Below, one piece after another: positions 37,970 through 47,726 of a DNA stretch of 64,000 nt (its first letter is position 1; every line of letters begins with the position of its first letter). Made by a program: the position numbers and the translations under genes. The notes under the pieces were generated by a model, which worked only from the letters and a program-made list of their open reading frames with translations, searched no databases and was not told where the DNA came from. The stretch is from NCBI GenBank assembly GCA_964551965.1, contig CAZKFB010000001.1:7227-71226 (forward strand). The letters run 5' to 3'. This DNA comes from an uncultured Muribaculaceae bacterium. GTDB taxonomy: Bacteria; Bacillota_I; Bacilli_A; RF39; UBA660.

Positions 37970-38875
37970 ATGAAAAGAGTTTTATTATTTTTATTTGTTT
38001 TATTTATTCCTTTGAAAGCTAATGCTTTAGCTGTAACTGGACTTGAGGTGTCAGCTCCACCAGAACTAAAACAATGGGAGATTTCTGAAGTTATTGTCGA
38101 TTTAAAATTTTCTCGTAGTGATTCTGAAGGTCTATTAATTGGATTAGGTGCCGGAATAGAAGTTGAATATAATCGAGAACTTCTAACTATGGAGGGAGCA
38201 AAAGCTGCCAATTCAGAAATATATACGCAAGGTGGTCAAGGGTACCGTGATGTTATTGGTGTCTTTGAATTTGAAGAAGAAGATGTGTCTTTTGAAACAA
38301 ATTGTAGTAATAATGTTTATTGCAATAATTATCGTTTTGTTTTACAAGTATATCCACGTTCTTCGGGATCAATTGAGTTTACTGTAAGATCACCTTATAT
38401 GTTAGCTGGTGATTTAAGTAATTTTCCAAATTTCACAGAAGATGATATTGGTTATGTTGATGGATCATTTGAGAAGAGAATATCTTTAAATGTTAAAGCA
38501 GCACCAAAACCCGCAGAGACTACTGAACCGATTGAAATAACAGAAAGACCAACTACGGCAATTACAGCCCCTAAAATATCTAAGATACCAACAACTAAGC
38601 CAAAATCTAATAATACTAAAACAACGACAACTACCATTAATTCTACGGAAACATCTATATCAACCGAATCAACAACATTAAAAGAAAATAAAGAAGATAA
38701 AAAAGAAGATGATTCAAAAGATAAAGAAAAGAATAACTTATTATATATTAAAAATAAGAAAGTATATTTTTATGGTGGAATAGTTATTGCAATAATTATT
38801 TTAATAATCATCGTAAGATTAATTATCAATAAAATAAGAAATCGAAAGATAGATAAAGTATTAAAAAATTTATAA
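37970..38875 (+). CDS. Surface protein: signal peptide, folded domain, Thr-rich stalk, C-terminal TM anchor
   Basis: Signal MKRVLLFLFVLFIPLKANA. A PT-rich low-complexity stretch (ITAPKISKIPTTKPKSNNTKTTTTTINSTETS). C-terminal TM IVIAIIILIIIV followed by a basic tail. Confidence 0.5.
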   Translation: MKRVLLFLFVLFIPLKANALAVTGLEVSAPPELKQWEISEVIVDLKFSRSDSEGLLIGLGAGIEVEYNRELLTMEGAKAANSEIYTQGGQGYRDVIGVFEFEEEDVSFETNCSNNVYCNNYRFVLQVYPRSSGSIEFTVRSPYMLAGDLSNFPNFTEDDIGYVDGSFEKRISLNVKAAPKPAETTEPIEITERPTTAITAPKISKIPTTKPKSNNTKTTTTTINSTETSISTESTTLKENKEDKKEDDSKDKEKNNLLYIKNKKVYFYGGIVIAIIILIIIVRLIINKIRNRKIDKVLKNL

Positions 38876-38941
38876 TTAAATTATTATTTCTTTTTAATTA
38901 TATTTATGATATTATTTATATAGAATAGAGGGAATTAAATT

Positions 38942-39655
38942 ATGAGAGAACAAGATTATGACGTTAAATTTATGTCAGTGTTTATTAAGATTGTAGCAAT
39001 TGCTTTTAAATGGGTTTGCTTAATCAATTGTGTACTTTGTGCAGGATTTAGTATCGGACTTTTAGTTATGTATATGGTAAGGGGAAATGAATTACCTTCA
39101 TCAATGTTATCAGCAATGGTAGCTTCTATTACAAAGTTTAATGTATCAGAAGTTTCCGGTTTAGTTGATAATTTTGGTATAGCTAAATTATTAGTTGCAA
39201 CATTGGGATACGGATTTTCTGTATGTGTATATTATGGATGCCTACATTCATTAATTACTAAAGCTTTAAAAATATTTAATTCAGTTGTTGAAGGGGATAT
39301 GTTTACTAAAGAAAATGTTGAAATTATTAATAGCACAGTATTACAATCGATTATTATTGCTTTCGTAATTCCATTAACAATTTGCTGTGTGTCATCATCA
39401 ACCGGAATCTTCTCATTATCAGATATTAATATTACAGGAGTACTATATATCTTTGCTGTATATGTAGCTAAGTTAATATTTACATCCGGGTATGAATTAA
39501 AAGAAACTAATAATAAAAAAGTACGTGAAATATCAGATATGAAAGCTGAATATGCTGAAGAAAAAATAAAGATGATTAAAGATAATACAAAGAGTACAAC
39601 TACAAAAAAGAAAACAACTACTAAGAAAAATACTAAAAAGACTACTTTAAAGTAG
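38942..39655 (+). CDS. Polytopic membrane protein with Thr/Lys-rich C-terminal tail
   Basis: ~5 TM segments. C-terminus KSTTTKKKTTTKKNTKKTTLK. Confidence 0.45.
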   Translation: MREQDYDVKFMSVFIKIVAIAFKWVCLINCVLCAGFSIGLLVMYMVRGNELPSSMLSAMVASITKFNVSEVSGLVDNFGIAKLLVATLGYGFSVCVYYGCLHSLITKALKIFNSVVEGDMFTKENVEIINSTVLQSIIIAFVIPLTICCVSSSTGIFSLSDINITGVLYIFAVYVAKLIFTSGYELKETNNKKVREISDMKAEYAEEKIKMIKDNTKSTTTKKKTTTKKNTKKTTLK

Positions 39656-39698
39656 TTTTTTTAAATTTTTTGATATAGAATAAGAGTTAGGTGGTAGT

Positions 39699-40592
39699 AT
39701 GTATAAATCAAATGTTAACTTTAATTTATATAAGACTTTCTATGATGTTGCTAAATGTGGAAGTATATCGAAGACAGCAACGATGAATTTTACTTCTCAA
39801 CCAGCTATTAGTAGAAGTATTAAGACATTAGAAACTGAATTAAATACTAAATTGTTTTATCGAACTAAAAAGGGAATAGAATTAACTGATAAAGGTAAGG
39901 AACTATTCTTCTATGTCGAACAAAGCTATAATTCGCTTGTAACGGCTGAAAGAATGATGTTAGAAACTAAAACTTTAGATAAGGGAAAGTTATCAATAGG
40001 TATTCCATCTCATATTGCATCTTTTTATCTATTTGATGCTATCGATGCATTTCATAAAGAATATCCCAATATTGAAATAACTTTAATAAATAAATCTACG
40101 AGTGGACTTCTAGAATTACTTCGAAGTCATGAAATAGATTTTATGATTGACTCAGAACCTATTAACTTTCAAGATGATTCAATAACTGTTAAGCATATAA
40201 AAGATTTATCAAATACTTTTGTAGCATCGGAAAACTTTGATATTTCCGAAATAAAAAATGTAAAAGATTTAGAAAGCATGCCAATTATACTACCAATAAA
40301 GGGAACAGCAAATAGAACTGATTTAGAAGAATTTCTAATTAATAATAAATGTACTCTTAACAATGTTATTAACATTCATACATCAGAAGTTATAATTGGC
40401 GCTGTAAAAAGAAACTTAGGTATTGGTTATATCATAAGAGAAATGGTTATAGATGATATAAATAGAAATATATTAAAAGAGATTAAAATACCTGATTTAC
40501 CTAAAATAGGTATTAGTCTAGTTTACGTAAAAGATTATATTACTGAATCTCCTAAGATATTCTTAAATAAATACTTTAATATCGAGATCTAA
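39699..40592 (+). CDS. LysR-family transcriptional regulator
   Basis: N-terminal wHTH (FYDVAKCGSISKTATMNFTSQPAISRSIKTLETELNTKLFYRTKKG) plus a ~200-aa substrate-binding domain. Confidence 0.85.
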   Translation: MYKSNVNFNLYKTFYDVAKCGSISKTATMNFTSQPAISRSIKTLETELNTKLFYRTKKGIELTDKGKELFFYVEQSYNSLVTAERMMLETKTLDKGKLSIGIPSHIASFYLFDAIDAFHKEYPNIEITLINKSTSGLLELLRSHEIDFMIDSEPINFQDDSITVKHIKDLSNTFVASENFDISEIKNVKDLESMPIILPIKGTANRTDLEEFLINNKCTLNNVINIHTSEVIIGAVKRNLGIGYIIREMVIDDINRNILKEIKIPDLPKIGISLVYVKDYITESPKIFLNKYFNIEI

Positions 40593-40690
40593 TAGAAGTT
40601 ATACCAAATATGATATATTTGATATAACTTTTTTTTATTTTATTTATATATTTTATTCTATTATGATTATTCTAGGAAAGGGATAGTTGT

Positions 40691-41011
40691 ATGAAAGTAT
40701 ATCAATTAAAAATAAAGGATTTAAATATCGTGCTTGATCCAGTCTTTGGTACGATTGACGCCGCACAGTTATTTAAAAACAAATATCATGGGCGTAAAAT
40801 AGAGATCGTAGAAGTGGACTTAGAAACACCTAATGATAAAAAATATATCTATCGAATCGAGACAATGGATATGGATGGAACTTACCTTGAAGAAGAAATA
40901 TTTCCATCTTTTGAAAGTGCTTTAAGAATTGTAAAAAATAACCAAAAAGTTGTTAAAGAGAATATTATTAATTTAAATACTTTTAAATATGTTATCGCGG
41001 ATGAGTTATGA
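40691..41011 (+). CDS. Hypothetical protein (106 aa)
   Basis: ORF with a plausible start. Its stop overlaps the next gene's start (ATGA). Confidence 0.4.
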   Translation: MKVYQLKIKDLNIVLDPVFGTIDAAQLFKNKYHGRKIEIVEVDLETPNDKKYIYRIETMDMDGTYLEEEIFPSFESALRIVKNNQKVVKENIINLNTFKYVIADEL

Positions 41012-41679
41012 TAAGATTTAATAAAGTAATAAATAAAATGGAGATTATTTATACATTAGATGATATGTCTATTATATGTAGGAAAACTCCTAAATGGGAA
41101 ATAAGTATAATTGGTATTATTGATGAAAAGAAGTTACTGGAATTGTTAGATAAAGTGATTAAAGATTTAGATAGTCCTATTTGTATATCACTAGATAATA
41201 ATCTAGAAAGTTCAATTAATATTCTAATTAAACTTAATAATTTATACCCAAATATAATATTTAAAGTAAGAGAAGAAGATATTAATAATATAAGAAAATA
41301 TATGAATGATATAAAAGATAATCATTTATCAATTATTATTGACTATATAATACCAAGTAATAAATTAGATTTAGAAAGTGATCTACAAGTACTAAGAGAA
41401 TTAGATGAATTATATATTATTGATGATCAAATTAAAAGAAGATTTAAATTATATTCAAAAAAGTTAAATAAAATATATCTAACTAAGAAACTTGAAGAAG
41501 GAGTAGTAGATGATCCTTATTCAAGAGCAATATTCATGTATTATCTTGACCGCTTTGGATTTAAAACAACTTTTGAAGGAACTAAAGAACTTATAGAAAG
41601 TTGGGAACAAGACATTAGAAAGTATTATCAAAATATATATTTTATTAGTAAAAAGAGAAATTTAAAAGTAGTTCAATAA
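41008..41679 (+). CDS. Hypothetical protein (223 aa)
   Basis: Translationally coupled to the upstream ORF. No recognised domain. Confidence 0.4.
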   Translation: MIRFNKVINKMEIIYTLDDMSIICRKTPKWEISIIGIIDEKKLLELLDKVIKDLDSPICISLDNNLESSINILIKLNNLYPNIIFKVREEDINNIRKYMNDIKDNHLSIIIDYIIPSNKLDLESDLQVLRELDELYIIDDQIKRRFKLYSKKLNKIYLTKKLEEGVVDDPYSRAIFMYYLDRFGFKTTFEGTKELIESWEQDIRKYYQNIYFISKKRNLKVVQ

Positions 41680-41723
41680 CTCTATTTTATATGATATAAT
41701 AACAATAGAATAGGGGAATAAAA

Positions 41724-43316
41724 ATGGAAAAAGTATTAATATTTGGACATAAGAATCCTGATACCGATTCAGTATGTGGAGCAATTACACTTTCTTATTT
41801 AAAGAATAAACTTGGCAATAACACAGAACCTAGAATACTAGGAACAATAAGTAAAGAAACGGAATTCGTATTAAAGAAATTTAAGGTACCAGTACCACGT
41901 TATTTAAACGATGTAAAAATTACTATTAAGGATGTTAAGTTTAATAAGAATTATCTAATTGAAGAAAATAGAACTATATATGATGCATTCAATATCATGA
42001 ATAATTATGGATTAACAGGTCTTCCTATTGTTAATAAAAAGAAAGTATTTCAAGGATATGTATCTTTAAAAGAAATAGTATCTGATATGGTAGAAAACAA
42101 TAATACTTTTATCAATACGACAATGGAAAACATTTTAAGTACACTTACGGTTGTTGATTATTTAAAGATAGATGAATCAATAAGTGGTAAAGTTAATGTT
42201 CTAACTGATTGGAAGAGTTATAATTCAGAAGCTGTTATTATAACTACTAATGTAGATGATATAAAATATAATAGTAATTTAAAGTTAATTATATATAATT
42301 CCGATAAGAAGATAAGTGCAACTTTAAAAAGCTTTGCTAGAAAGAATAAGATCAATATTATTGTATCTAAAGAATCTCTATTTAATATATCAAGAGTAAT
42401 ATGTTTAGCTAATCCAATCAGTACAATTAAGAGAAATCAAGTTACGATAACTTTTAATGAACATGATTACTTATCTGACTTCAATGAAGAAACTAGTAAA
42501 CTAAAACATACCAATTATCCAATTGTTGATAATAAGAATGTATGTGTAGGTATGTTAAGAACAATAGATGCTAAAGAAATAACAAGAAAGAAAGTAATAT
42601 TAGTTGATCACAATACTTTAAGTCAAACAGTAGATGGTATAGATGAAGCAGAAATACTTGAAATAATTGATCATCATAATTTAGGAGATATTAATACTTC
42701 AGTACCTATTAACTTTAGAAATATGTCAGTAGGTTCGGTTTCTACAATAATATACTACATGTTTCTTGAAAATAAAGTTAGTATTCCTAAATATATAGCA
42801 GGTTTATTACTTAGTGGAATTATATCAGATACTCTTTTACTTGCAAGTCCTACAACAACAGATATAGATCGTTTAGTAGCAAGAAAACTTGCAAAATTAA
42901 GTGGATTAGATATAAAGAAATATGGTTTAGAACTTCTTAGTAGTGGAGTTTCAATTGATGGATTAACTGCTAATGAAGTAATATTTAAAGATTTTAAAAC
43001 CTATAAAGTATCTGATGATACGATGGCAATTGCTCAAGTATTTACAACATCATTTGATATATTTGAACCCCGTATGGAAGAACTAATAGACGAATTAAAT
43101 AGATTAGCAGATAATCACGATTATAAAGTGTGTGCTTTATTTGTAACTAATTTCTTAACTAATGATTCTTATCTTTTATATTCGGAACCATCAAAGAGAA
43201 TTCTTGAAATGGCTTATGGAATAGATAATCTTGAAGAAGGCGAAGTTCTTCATGGAGTAGTATCGAGAAAGAAACAAATGGTACCAAATATAATGTCTAC
43301 TTTAGAACACATTTAA
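41724..43316 (+). CDS. CBS-domain-containing family II (Mn-dependent) inorganic pyrophosphatase / DHH-DHHA2 phosphoesterase
   Basis: DHH motif I LIFGHKNPDTDSVCGA. A CBS pair is inserted in the middle. DHH motifs III/IV are ILVDHNTLSQTVDGIDEAEILEIIDHHNLG. C-terminal DHHA2 with GLLLSGIISDTLLLASPTTT. Confidence 0.75.
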   Translation: MEKVLIFGHKNPDTDSVCGAITLSYLKNKLGNNTEPRILGTISKETEFVLKKFKVPVPRYLNDVKITIKDVKFNKNYLIEENRTIYDAFNIMNNYGLTGLPIVNKKKVFQGYVSLKEIVSDMVENNNTFINTTMENILSTLTVVDYLKIDESISGKVNVLTDWKSYNSEAVIITTNVDDIKYNSNLKLIIYNSDKKISATLKSFARKNKINIIVSKESLFNISRVICLANPISTIKRNQVTITFNEHDYLSDFNEETSKLKHTNYPIVDNKNVCVGMLRTIDAKEITRKKVILVDHNTLSQTVDGIDEAEILEIIDHHNLGDINTSVPINFRNMSVGSVSTIIYYMFLENKVSIPKYIAGLLLSGIISDTLLLASPTTTDIDRLVARKLAKLSGLDIKKYGLELLSSGVSIDGLTANEVIFKDFKTYKVSDDTMAIAQVFTTSFDIFEPRMEELIDELNRLADNHDYKVCALFVTNFLTNDSYLLYSEPSKRILEMAYGIDNLEEGEVLHGVVSRKKQMVPNIMSTLEHI

Positions 43317-43371
43317 GAGTAAATATTTATTTACTCTTTATTTATTGATATAATTTAGGTAAGGTGATAAT

Positions 43372-43701
43372 ATGACTGAATATAAGAAAGTAGTTACTAA
43401 ACTAGAAAGCAGTGTTAAACCAATTAGTATTGATTCTGCATCAGCATATGATCTTGCAAAAAGTCAAAATGAAGCAAATAATATTATTAATAATGTTGAG
43501 GAAGAAAAGCATGAAGATAAAGTTGCTACACCAATTAAAGCTGATGAATCTAACATTGAAGCTTTTCATGCTGTAAATGATGTTATTAAAGTGACAAAGA
43601 AGAAAACACCAATGATCACTTATGTCATCATGATAGCTATCTTAGTTGCCTTAGTAGCAATATTCGTGATCTTTGAACTTCCAATATTGAGAGGATTATA
43701 A
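43372..43701 (+). CDS. Small C-terminally anchored hypothetical protein
   Basis: C-terminal TM MITYVIMIAILVALVAIFVIF. RBS AGGTGA upstream. Confidence 0.4.
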   Translation: MTEYKKVVTKLESSVKPISIDSASAYDLAKSQNEANNIINNVEEEKHEDKVATPIKADESNIEAFHAVNDVIKVTKKKTPMITYVIMIAILVALVAIFVIFELPILRGL

Positions 43702-43702
43702 T

Positions 43703-44821
43703 ATGAAAACAAAAGTAAGTTTAAAAGAAAAAATTAAGAGATTCTTCGATGATGATAAAAAGAGAAGTATATTTATTTTAGTCGTTGTCATTATACTTTT
43801 AATAGGTGCCTTAATAGCAGCTTATTACTATACAGTTTATAATGTTAAAGAAGAGAAAAAACCACAAACAACAACTGTATCTAAGAAGACAACTGATAGT
43901 TTATTTAGAGGTTATAAAGTAAGTGAAATGAATGATAATTCATATAATTTAGATTTAGAGTCTAAACATGAAATTGTTTATTCAACTAATAAAAAGACTC
44001 CTATATCAACTTGTGTTGATGATTTAGAATTAATATATGAAGTAAGTTTAAAAGATGGTACTATTGAATTTAACGAACTTAGAAATGATGAAATATTAGG
44101 TGGACAAGTATATACAAATAATAAGTATTATTTAAAACTAGATAAAAAGATTACTAATTTTGTAGTTGGTTATAATTGTACTAGTTTTGAATATAATATA
44201 TTAGTACTCGATGAAAGTAACAACATATACCAGTACGAAAATACGCATGAATCTAATATGAGCATGAAGGATATTGTTAATAGTTTCAAAAAGGTAAAAA
44301 CTATTTCTACACCTAAGAAAATAGGTTATTACAATTATAATAATGAAGCCTTCTTAGAATGTGCTCAAAGTAAAATGGTATACTTAGATAAATCTGATAA
44401 TATTAGATTACTTGACAATAAGAATACTTTATTCTTTGAAACAGTTTATTATAGATATTTAGGTAATGAAGAAAACGGTGATGTTGTCTATGTATTTAAA
44501 GATAAATTAATGAAATTTTCTAATATCGATGAATATATAAATAATGGAACATCTAATGTTTTATATAAAGGATCATTCCATGATGATAAAAATCTATTCA
44601 TTATTAGCAGTGATAATTATCTATATAAAGTATCTTTAATGGAAGAATTTAGTAATCCAGTTATAACACCAATAGAGAATTCAAAGATTAAAAGAATAGG
44701 TAGTAGAATTGTTGGAGAAAATGATTTTGTTACTAATAAAAATAGTATAATTATTGAATTTGAAAATGGTAATAATGTTAAATTCGATGTTACTTATGAG
44801 TATGAATTACTAGGAGTATGA
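43703..44821 (+). CDS. Hypothetical membrane-anchored protein (372 aa)
   Basis: N-terminal signal-anchor IFILVVVIILLIGALIAAYY. Translationally coupled to the upstream ORF. Confidence 0.45.
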   Translation: MKTKVSLKEKIKRFFDDDKKRSIFILVVVIILLIGALIAAYYYTVYNVKEEKKPQTTTVSKKTTDSLFRGYKVSEMNDNSYNLDLESKHEIVYSTNKKTPISTCVDDLELIYEVSLKDGTIEFNELRNDEILGGQVYTNNKYYLKLDKKITNFVVGYNCTSFEYNILVLDESNNIYQYENTHESNMSMKDIVNSFKKVKTISTPKKIGYYNYNNEAFLECAQSKMVYLDKSDNIRLLDNKNTLFFETVYYRYLGNEENGDVVYVFKDKLMKFSNIDEYINNGTSNVLYKGSFHDDKNLFIISSDNYLYKVSLMEEFSNPVITPIENSKIKRIGSRIVGENDFVTNKNSIIIEFENGNNVKFDVTYEYELLGV

Positions 44822-45414
44822 TTTGCAAAATTCTTAGTAATATGCTATAATGTTTCTTGTGTGGTGCATTATGCTAGTCATTACACTATTTGAAGGTAGG
44901 CCTAAAAATCTACCAATTGTACAACTGACACTTTGCTTATCTGCTTCTTCGGCCCAAGTTGGGGTGGATAGGTGATTTAAAATTCAAGGATAAATTATAA
45001 TGGCATATAATTGAGCGTCCTTTTATTGAGTCTCTTATACAAATAATAGTAAATAACGTACATGATGTGAGTGAGTTCTAGGAATTAACGATCTTAATGT
45101 TATGAAATAGAATTTGCAAAAGCATATAAGAATAGTCACTATTGTTAGGGAAAACCTCTAGCGTGTATATATTATAAGTATTGGAGTGCGGACTAAGTGG
45201 TAATCGAGTAGTTAGAACGGAGACGACTAACTAAAGTTTTTAAATCGAAAGAGCACAAGGGTAACCGAGTGTAGACTTTAGAGAAATTCAACTCGACCAA
45301 AGCCGTAAAATTGATTTATAATATACCATACAAATAAAACCAAACTTTAATGAGGGGGAAACCAAGTTAAAGTTTTTTTCATGGATTAAAATATGTTATA
45401 ATTATATATAGTAG
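44822..45414. ncRNA. Candidate structured non-coding RNA or cis-regulatory element (unidentified)
   Basis: ~590 nt with no ORF of 60 aa or more in any frame. GC is ~40% against ~25-28% in the flanks. Several local hairpins are visible: GGTAG-n9-CTACC, TAGTTAG-n11-CTAACTA, CGAGT-n20-ACTCG, CCCAAGTTGGG. Confidence 0.3.
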
Positions 45415-45945
45415 GTGGAATATATGAAAAGTAATCGACAATGGATTATTACAATATTTATATTAACTTTTATTTTATCAATTATATTTAGTGCAGTATC
45501 AAATTGTATAGTTGCTGTCTTTAATGAAGTAGTTTTAGCTATTATTTTAGTTCTAGTAATTGTAATTGGTATTCTATTTGATTGTATTGGTGTTTCGGTA
45601 ATAACAGCTAGTGAAGCAACTTTCCATTCTATGAGTTCAAAGAAAGTTAAAGGCGCTAAAGAAACTATTACTTTAATTAAAAATAGTAGTAAGATTTCAA
45701 GTGTATGTAATGATGTAGTAGGAGATGTATGTGGGATATTGTCTGGAGGATTAGGTGCAGTGCTCGCAATATCTTTATCTACGAGAACCGGAATAAATAA
45801 TACAGTTATATCAGTTATTATATCTTCTCTTATTTCCGCTTTTACAGTAGGTGGAAAAGCTATCTTTAAAGGAATTGCAATGAAAAATGCCGATAAAATA
45901 ATATTTGTCGTTGGTAAGATAAAACATTTCTTTAAGATTAAGTAG
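45415..45945 (+). CDS. Small polytopic membrane protein (176 aa)
   Basis: 4 predicted TMs. RBS GGTGGA upstream. Lies directly downstream of the candidate RNA region. Confidence 0.5.
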   Translation: MEYMKSNRQWIITIFILTFILSIIFSAVSNCIVAVFNEVVLAIILVLVIVIGILFDCIGVSVITASEATFHSMSSKKVKGAKETITLIKNSSKISSVCNDVVGDVCGILSGGLGAVLAISLSTRTGINNTVISVIISSLISAFTVGGKAIFKGIAMKNADKIIFVVGKIKHFFKIK

Positions 45946-45951
45946 GTAATT

Positions 45952-46548
45952 ATGAAAAAGAAATCATTGATAACATTAATAACTTTAATTATATTACTTG
46001 TTATAGATATAGTTTTATTATTAACAGGATATATGTCTAATATAGATTCTCTTATTTATGAATTTATATTTAGTTTTAATAATAGTATATTAACTGATAT
46101 TTTTAAACTAATATCTTTTATAACTAGTACTAAAATGATTGTACTGTATAATATAATAATTGTAATTGTTATGATTATTAGAAAAAGTAACAAACTATTA
46201 TTAGTTCCAATAGCATCTTCAATAAGTGCAATAGTGAATAATTTAATAAAAGTAATTGTAGCAAGAGAAAGACCCGGAATAAATCCTTTAGTTATCGAAA
46301 CTACTTATTCATTTCCTTCAGGACATTCAATGATATCTATATTATTCTTTGGAACTATTTTATATATATTAAATCGAGATAATTATAAATATAAAAGAGT
46401 ATTTAATGTTATTATACCAATATATATATTAAGTGTAGGTATATCGAGAATATACTTAGGCGTACATTATTTTAGTGATTGTATTACTGGATACTTAATA
46501 TCATTAATAGTATTAATATTACTTACAAATATAAGGAGAAACAAATGA
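45952..46548 (+). CDS. PAP2-family phosphatase (undecaprenyl-PP / phosphatidate phosphatase-like)
   Basis: PAP2 motifs KVIVARERP (KxxxxxxRP), PSGH and SRIYLGVHYFSD (SRxxxxxHxxxD). 5-6 TMs. Confidence 0.8.
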   Translation: MKKKSLITLITLIILLVIDIVLLLTGYMSNIDSLIYEFIFSFNNSILTDIFKLISFITSTKMIVLYNIIIVIVMIIRKSNKLLLVPIASSISAIVNNLIKVIVARERPGINPLVIETTYSFPSGHSMISILFFGTILYILNRDNYKYKRVFNVIIPIYILSVGISRIYLGVHYFSDCITGYLISLIVLILLTNIRRNK

Positions 46549-47303
46549 GAGCATTAATTACGGGAGCAAGTAGCGGAATAGGTTATGACATGGCACGTTA
46601 CTTAGCAAGTAAAAACATTGATCTAATCTTAGTAGCTAGAAGAAAGAATAGATTAATGGATTTAGAGAAAGAATTTAAAAATATCGATGTTGAAATAATA
46701 CCATTAGATTTATCAGTAGAAGATAATTTAGAAACTCTAGTTAATGAAACTATTGATAAAGATATTGATATCTTAATTAACAATGCTGGATTTGGCTTAT
46801 TTGGAACTTTTGATACAACTGATCTTGAAACCGAGATGAAGATGATTGATGTCAATATTCGAGCCGTTCATTATTTGACAAAAGCATTCGTAAAAAAATT
46901 TATCAGAGAAGATAAAGGGTATATATTAAATGTTGCATCATCAGCAGGATTCATGGCTGGACCTAAGTTATCAACTTACTATGCAACTAAGAATTATTGT
47001 TTAAGATTGTCTGAAGCTATATATCAAGAATTAAAAGAGAAGAAGAGTAATGTTCATATATCTGTATTATGTCCAGGACCTGTCGATACAGAATTTAATT
47101 CGGTTGCACACGGAGTATTTAAAACCAAGGCAGCTAGCAGTGAATACGTAGCAAGATATGCTATTGATAAAATGTTTAAAAATAAACTTGTAATAATCCC
47201 AACTATCAAAATGAAACTAGTTATCTTCTTAATAAGATTTGTACCAACCAAATTATTATTAAGAATAACTTCTCGTATTCAAGAGAGAAAAATAAGCAAA
47301 TAG
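46545..47303 (+). CDS. Short-chain dehydrogenase/reductase
   Basis: Start at the ATG at 46545 (AAGGAGA RBS), overlapping the PAP2 stop (ATGA). The track's 46479 start is over-extended. TGASSGIG, NNAG and S..YxxxK (YYATK) motifs. Confidence 0.85.
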   Translation: MRALITGASSGIGYDMARYLASKNIDLILVARRKNRLMDLEKEFKNIDVEIIPLDLSVEDNLETLVNETIDKDIDILINNAGFGLFGTFDTTDLETEMKMIDVNIRAVHYLTKAFVKKFIREDKGYILNVASSAGFMAGPKLSTYYATKNYCLRLSEAIYQELKEKKSNVHISVLCPGPVDTEFNSVAHGVFKTKAASSEYVARYAIDKMFKNKLVIIPTIKMKLVIFLIRFVPTKLLLRITSRIQERKISK

Positions 47304-47319
47304 GAACCTATTTGCTTTT
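47296..47319. terminator. Bidirectional intrinsic terminator between convergent genes
   Basis: GCAAATAG-gaac-CTATTTGC hairpin with a T-run downstream and an A-run upstream. Confidence 0.75.
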
Positions 47320-47643
47320 GTATTTCTTATTTAAATAATCTAACTTTTCTTTTATAAAACTTTCATCCTTAATTAGCTCTAGTTCTTCATCAGTTAATTT
47401 TTCAATACGATGATCTTGTTTATATAATTCTTTCTCTTCATCACTTAATTCGCTTGCTAAATCATCATATTCTCTAATAAAACACAAACCATTTTGAAAT
47501 ATGGATTCATATACTACATAGTTTTTATCAGGGTATTCAGAAATTCCCGTATATTTAGGATTAATAGCAAGTATCTTATATATATTCTTTTCTATTAAAT
47601 TACTTCCTTTAAAGTGCTTATAAAAGCCTCCAACTTCCAACAT
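47308..47643 (-). CDS. Hypothetical protein (111 aa)
   Basis: Minus-strand ORF ending in the bidirectional terminator. No recognised domain. Confidence 0.5.
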   Translation of the reverse strand: MLEVGGFYKHFKGSNLIEKNIYKILAINPKYTGISEYPDKNYVVYESIFQNGLCFIREYDDLASELSDEEKELYKQDHRIEKLTDEELELIKDESFIKEKLDYLNKKYKSK

Positions 47644-47726
47644 AATATCACCAATAATATTATAGCAATAATTTGACTATAATGCATCTATGTTGTATAC
47701 TATTTAAACGAAAAAAGGGGATAGTT

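Noticed and set aside
44822-45414. Tested the GC-rich intergenic block for tRNA, tmRNA, RNase P RNA and SRP RNA identity
   Set aside because: No GTTC(G/A)A T-loop or CCA-adjacent acceptor stem. No GGAAAGTCC(G/A)GGC P4 element of RNase P (the local 'agactttagag' resemblance to B. subtilis rnpB is too short). No tmRNA tag-ORF or 3' tRNA-like end. No SRP domain IV consensus. Kept only as an unclassified candidate RNA.
46479-46544. Upstream 22-codon extension of the SDR gene given by the ORF track (start 46479)
   Set aside because: The extension overlaps the PAP2 gene in another frame and has no RBS. The ATG at 46545 has a canonical AAGGAGA RBS and gives the standard TGASSGIG N-terminus. The same logic was applied to 47673→47727, 60533→60416, 32435→32462 and 28445→28463.
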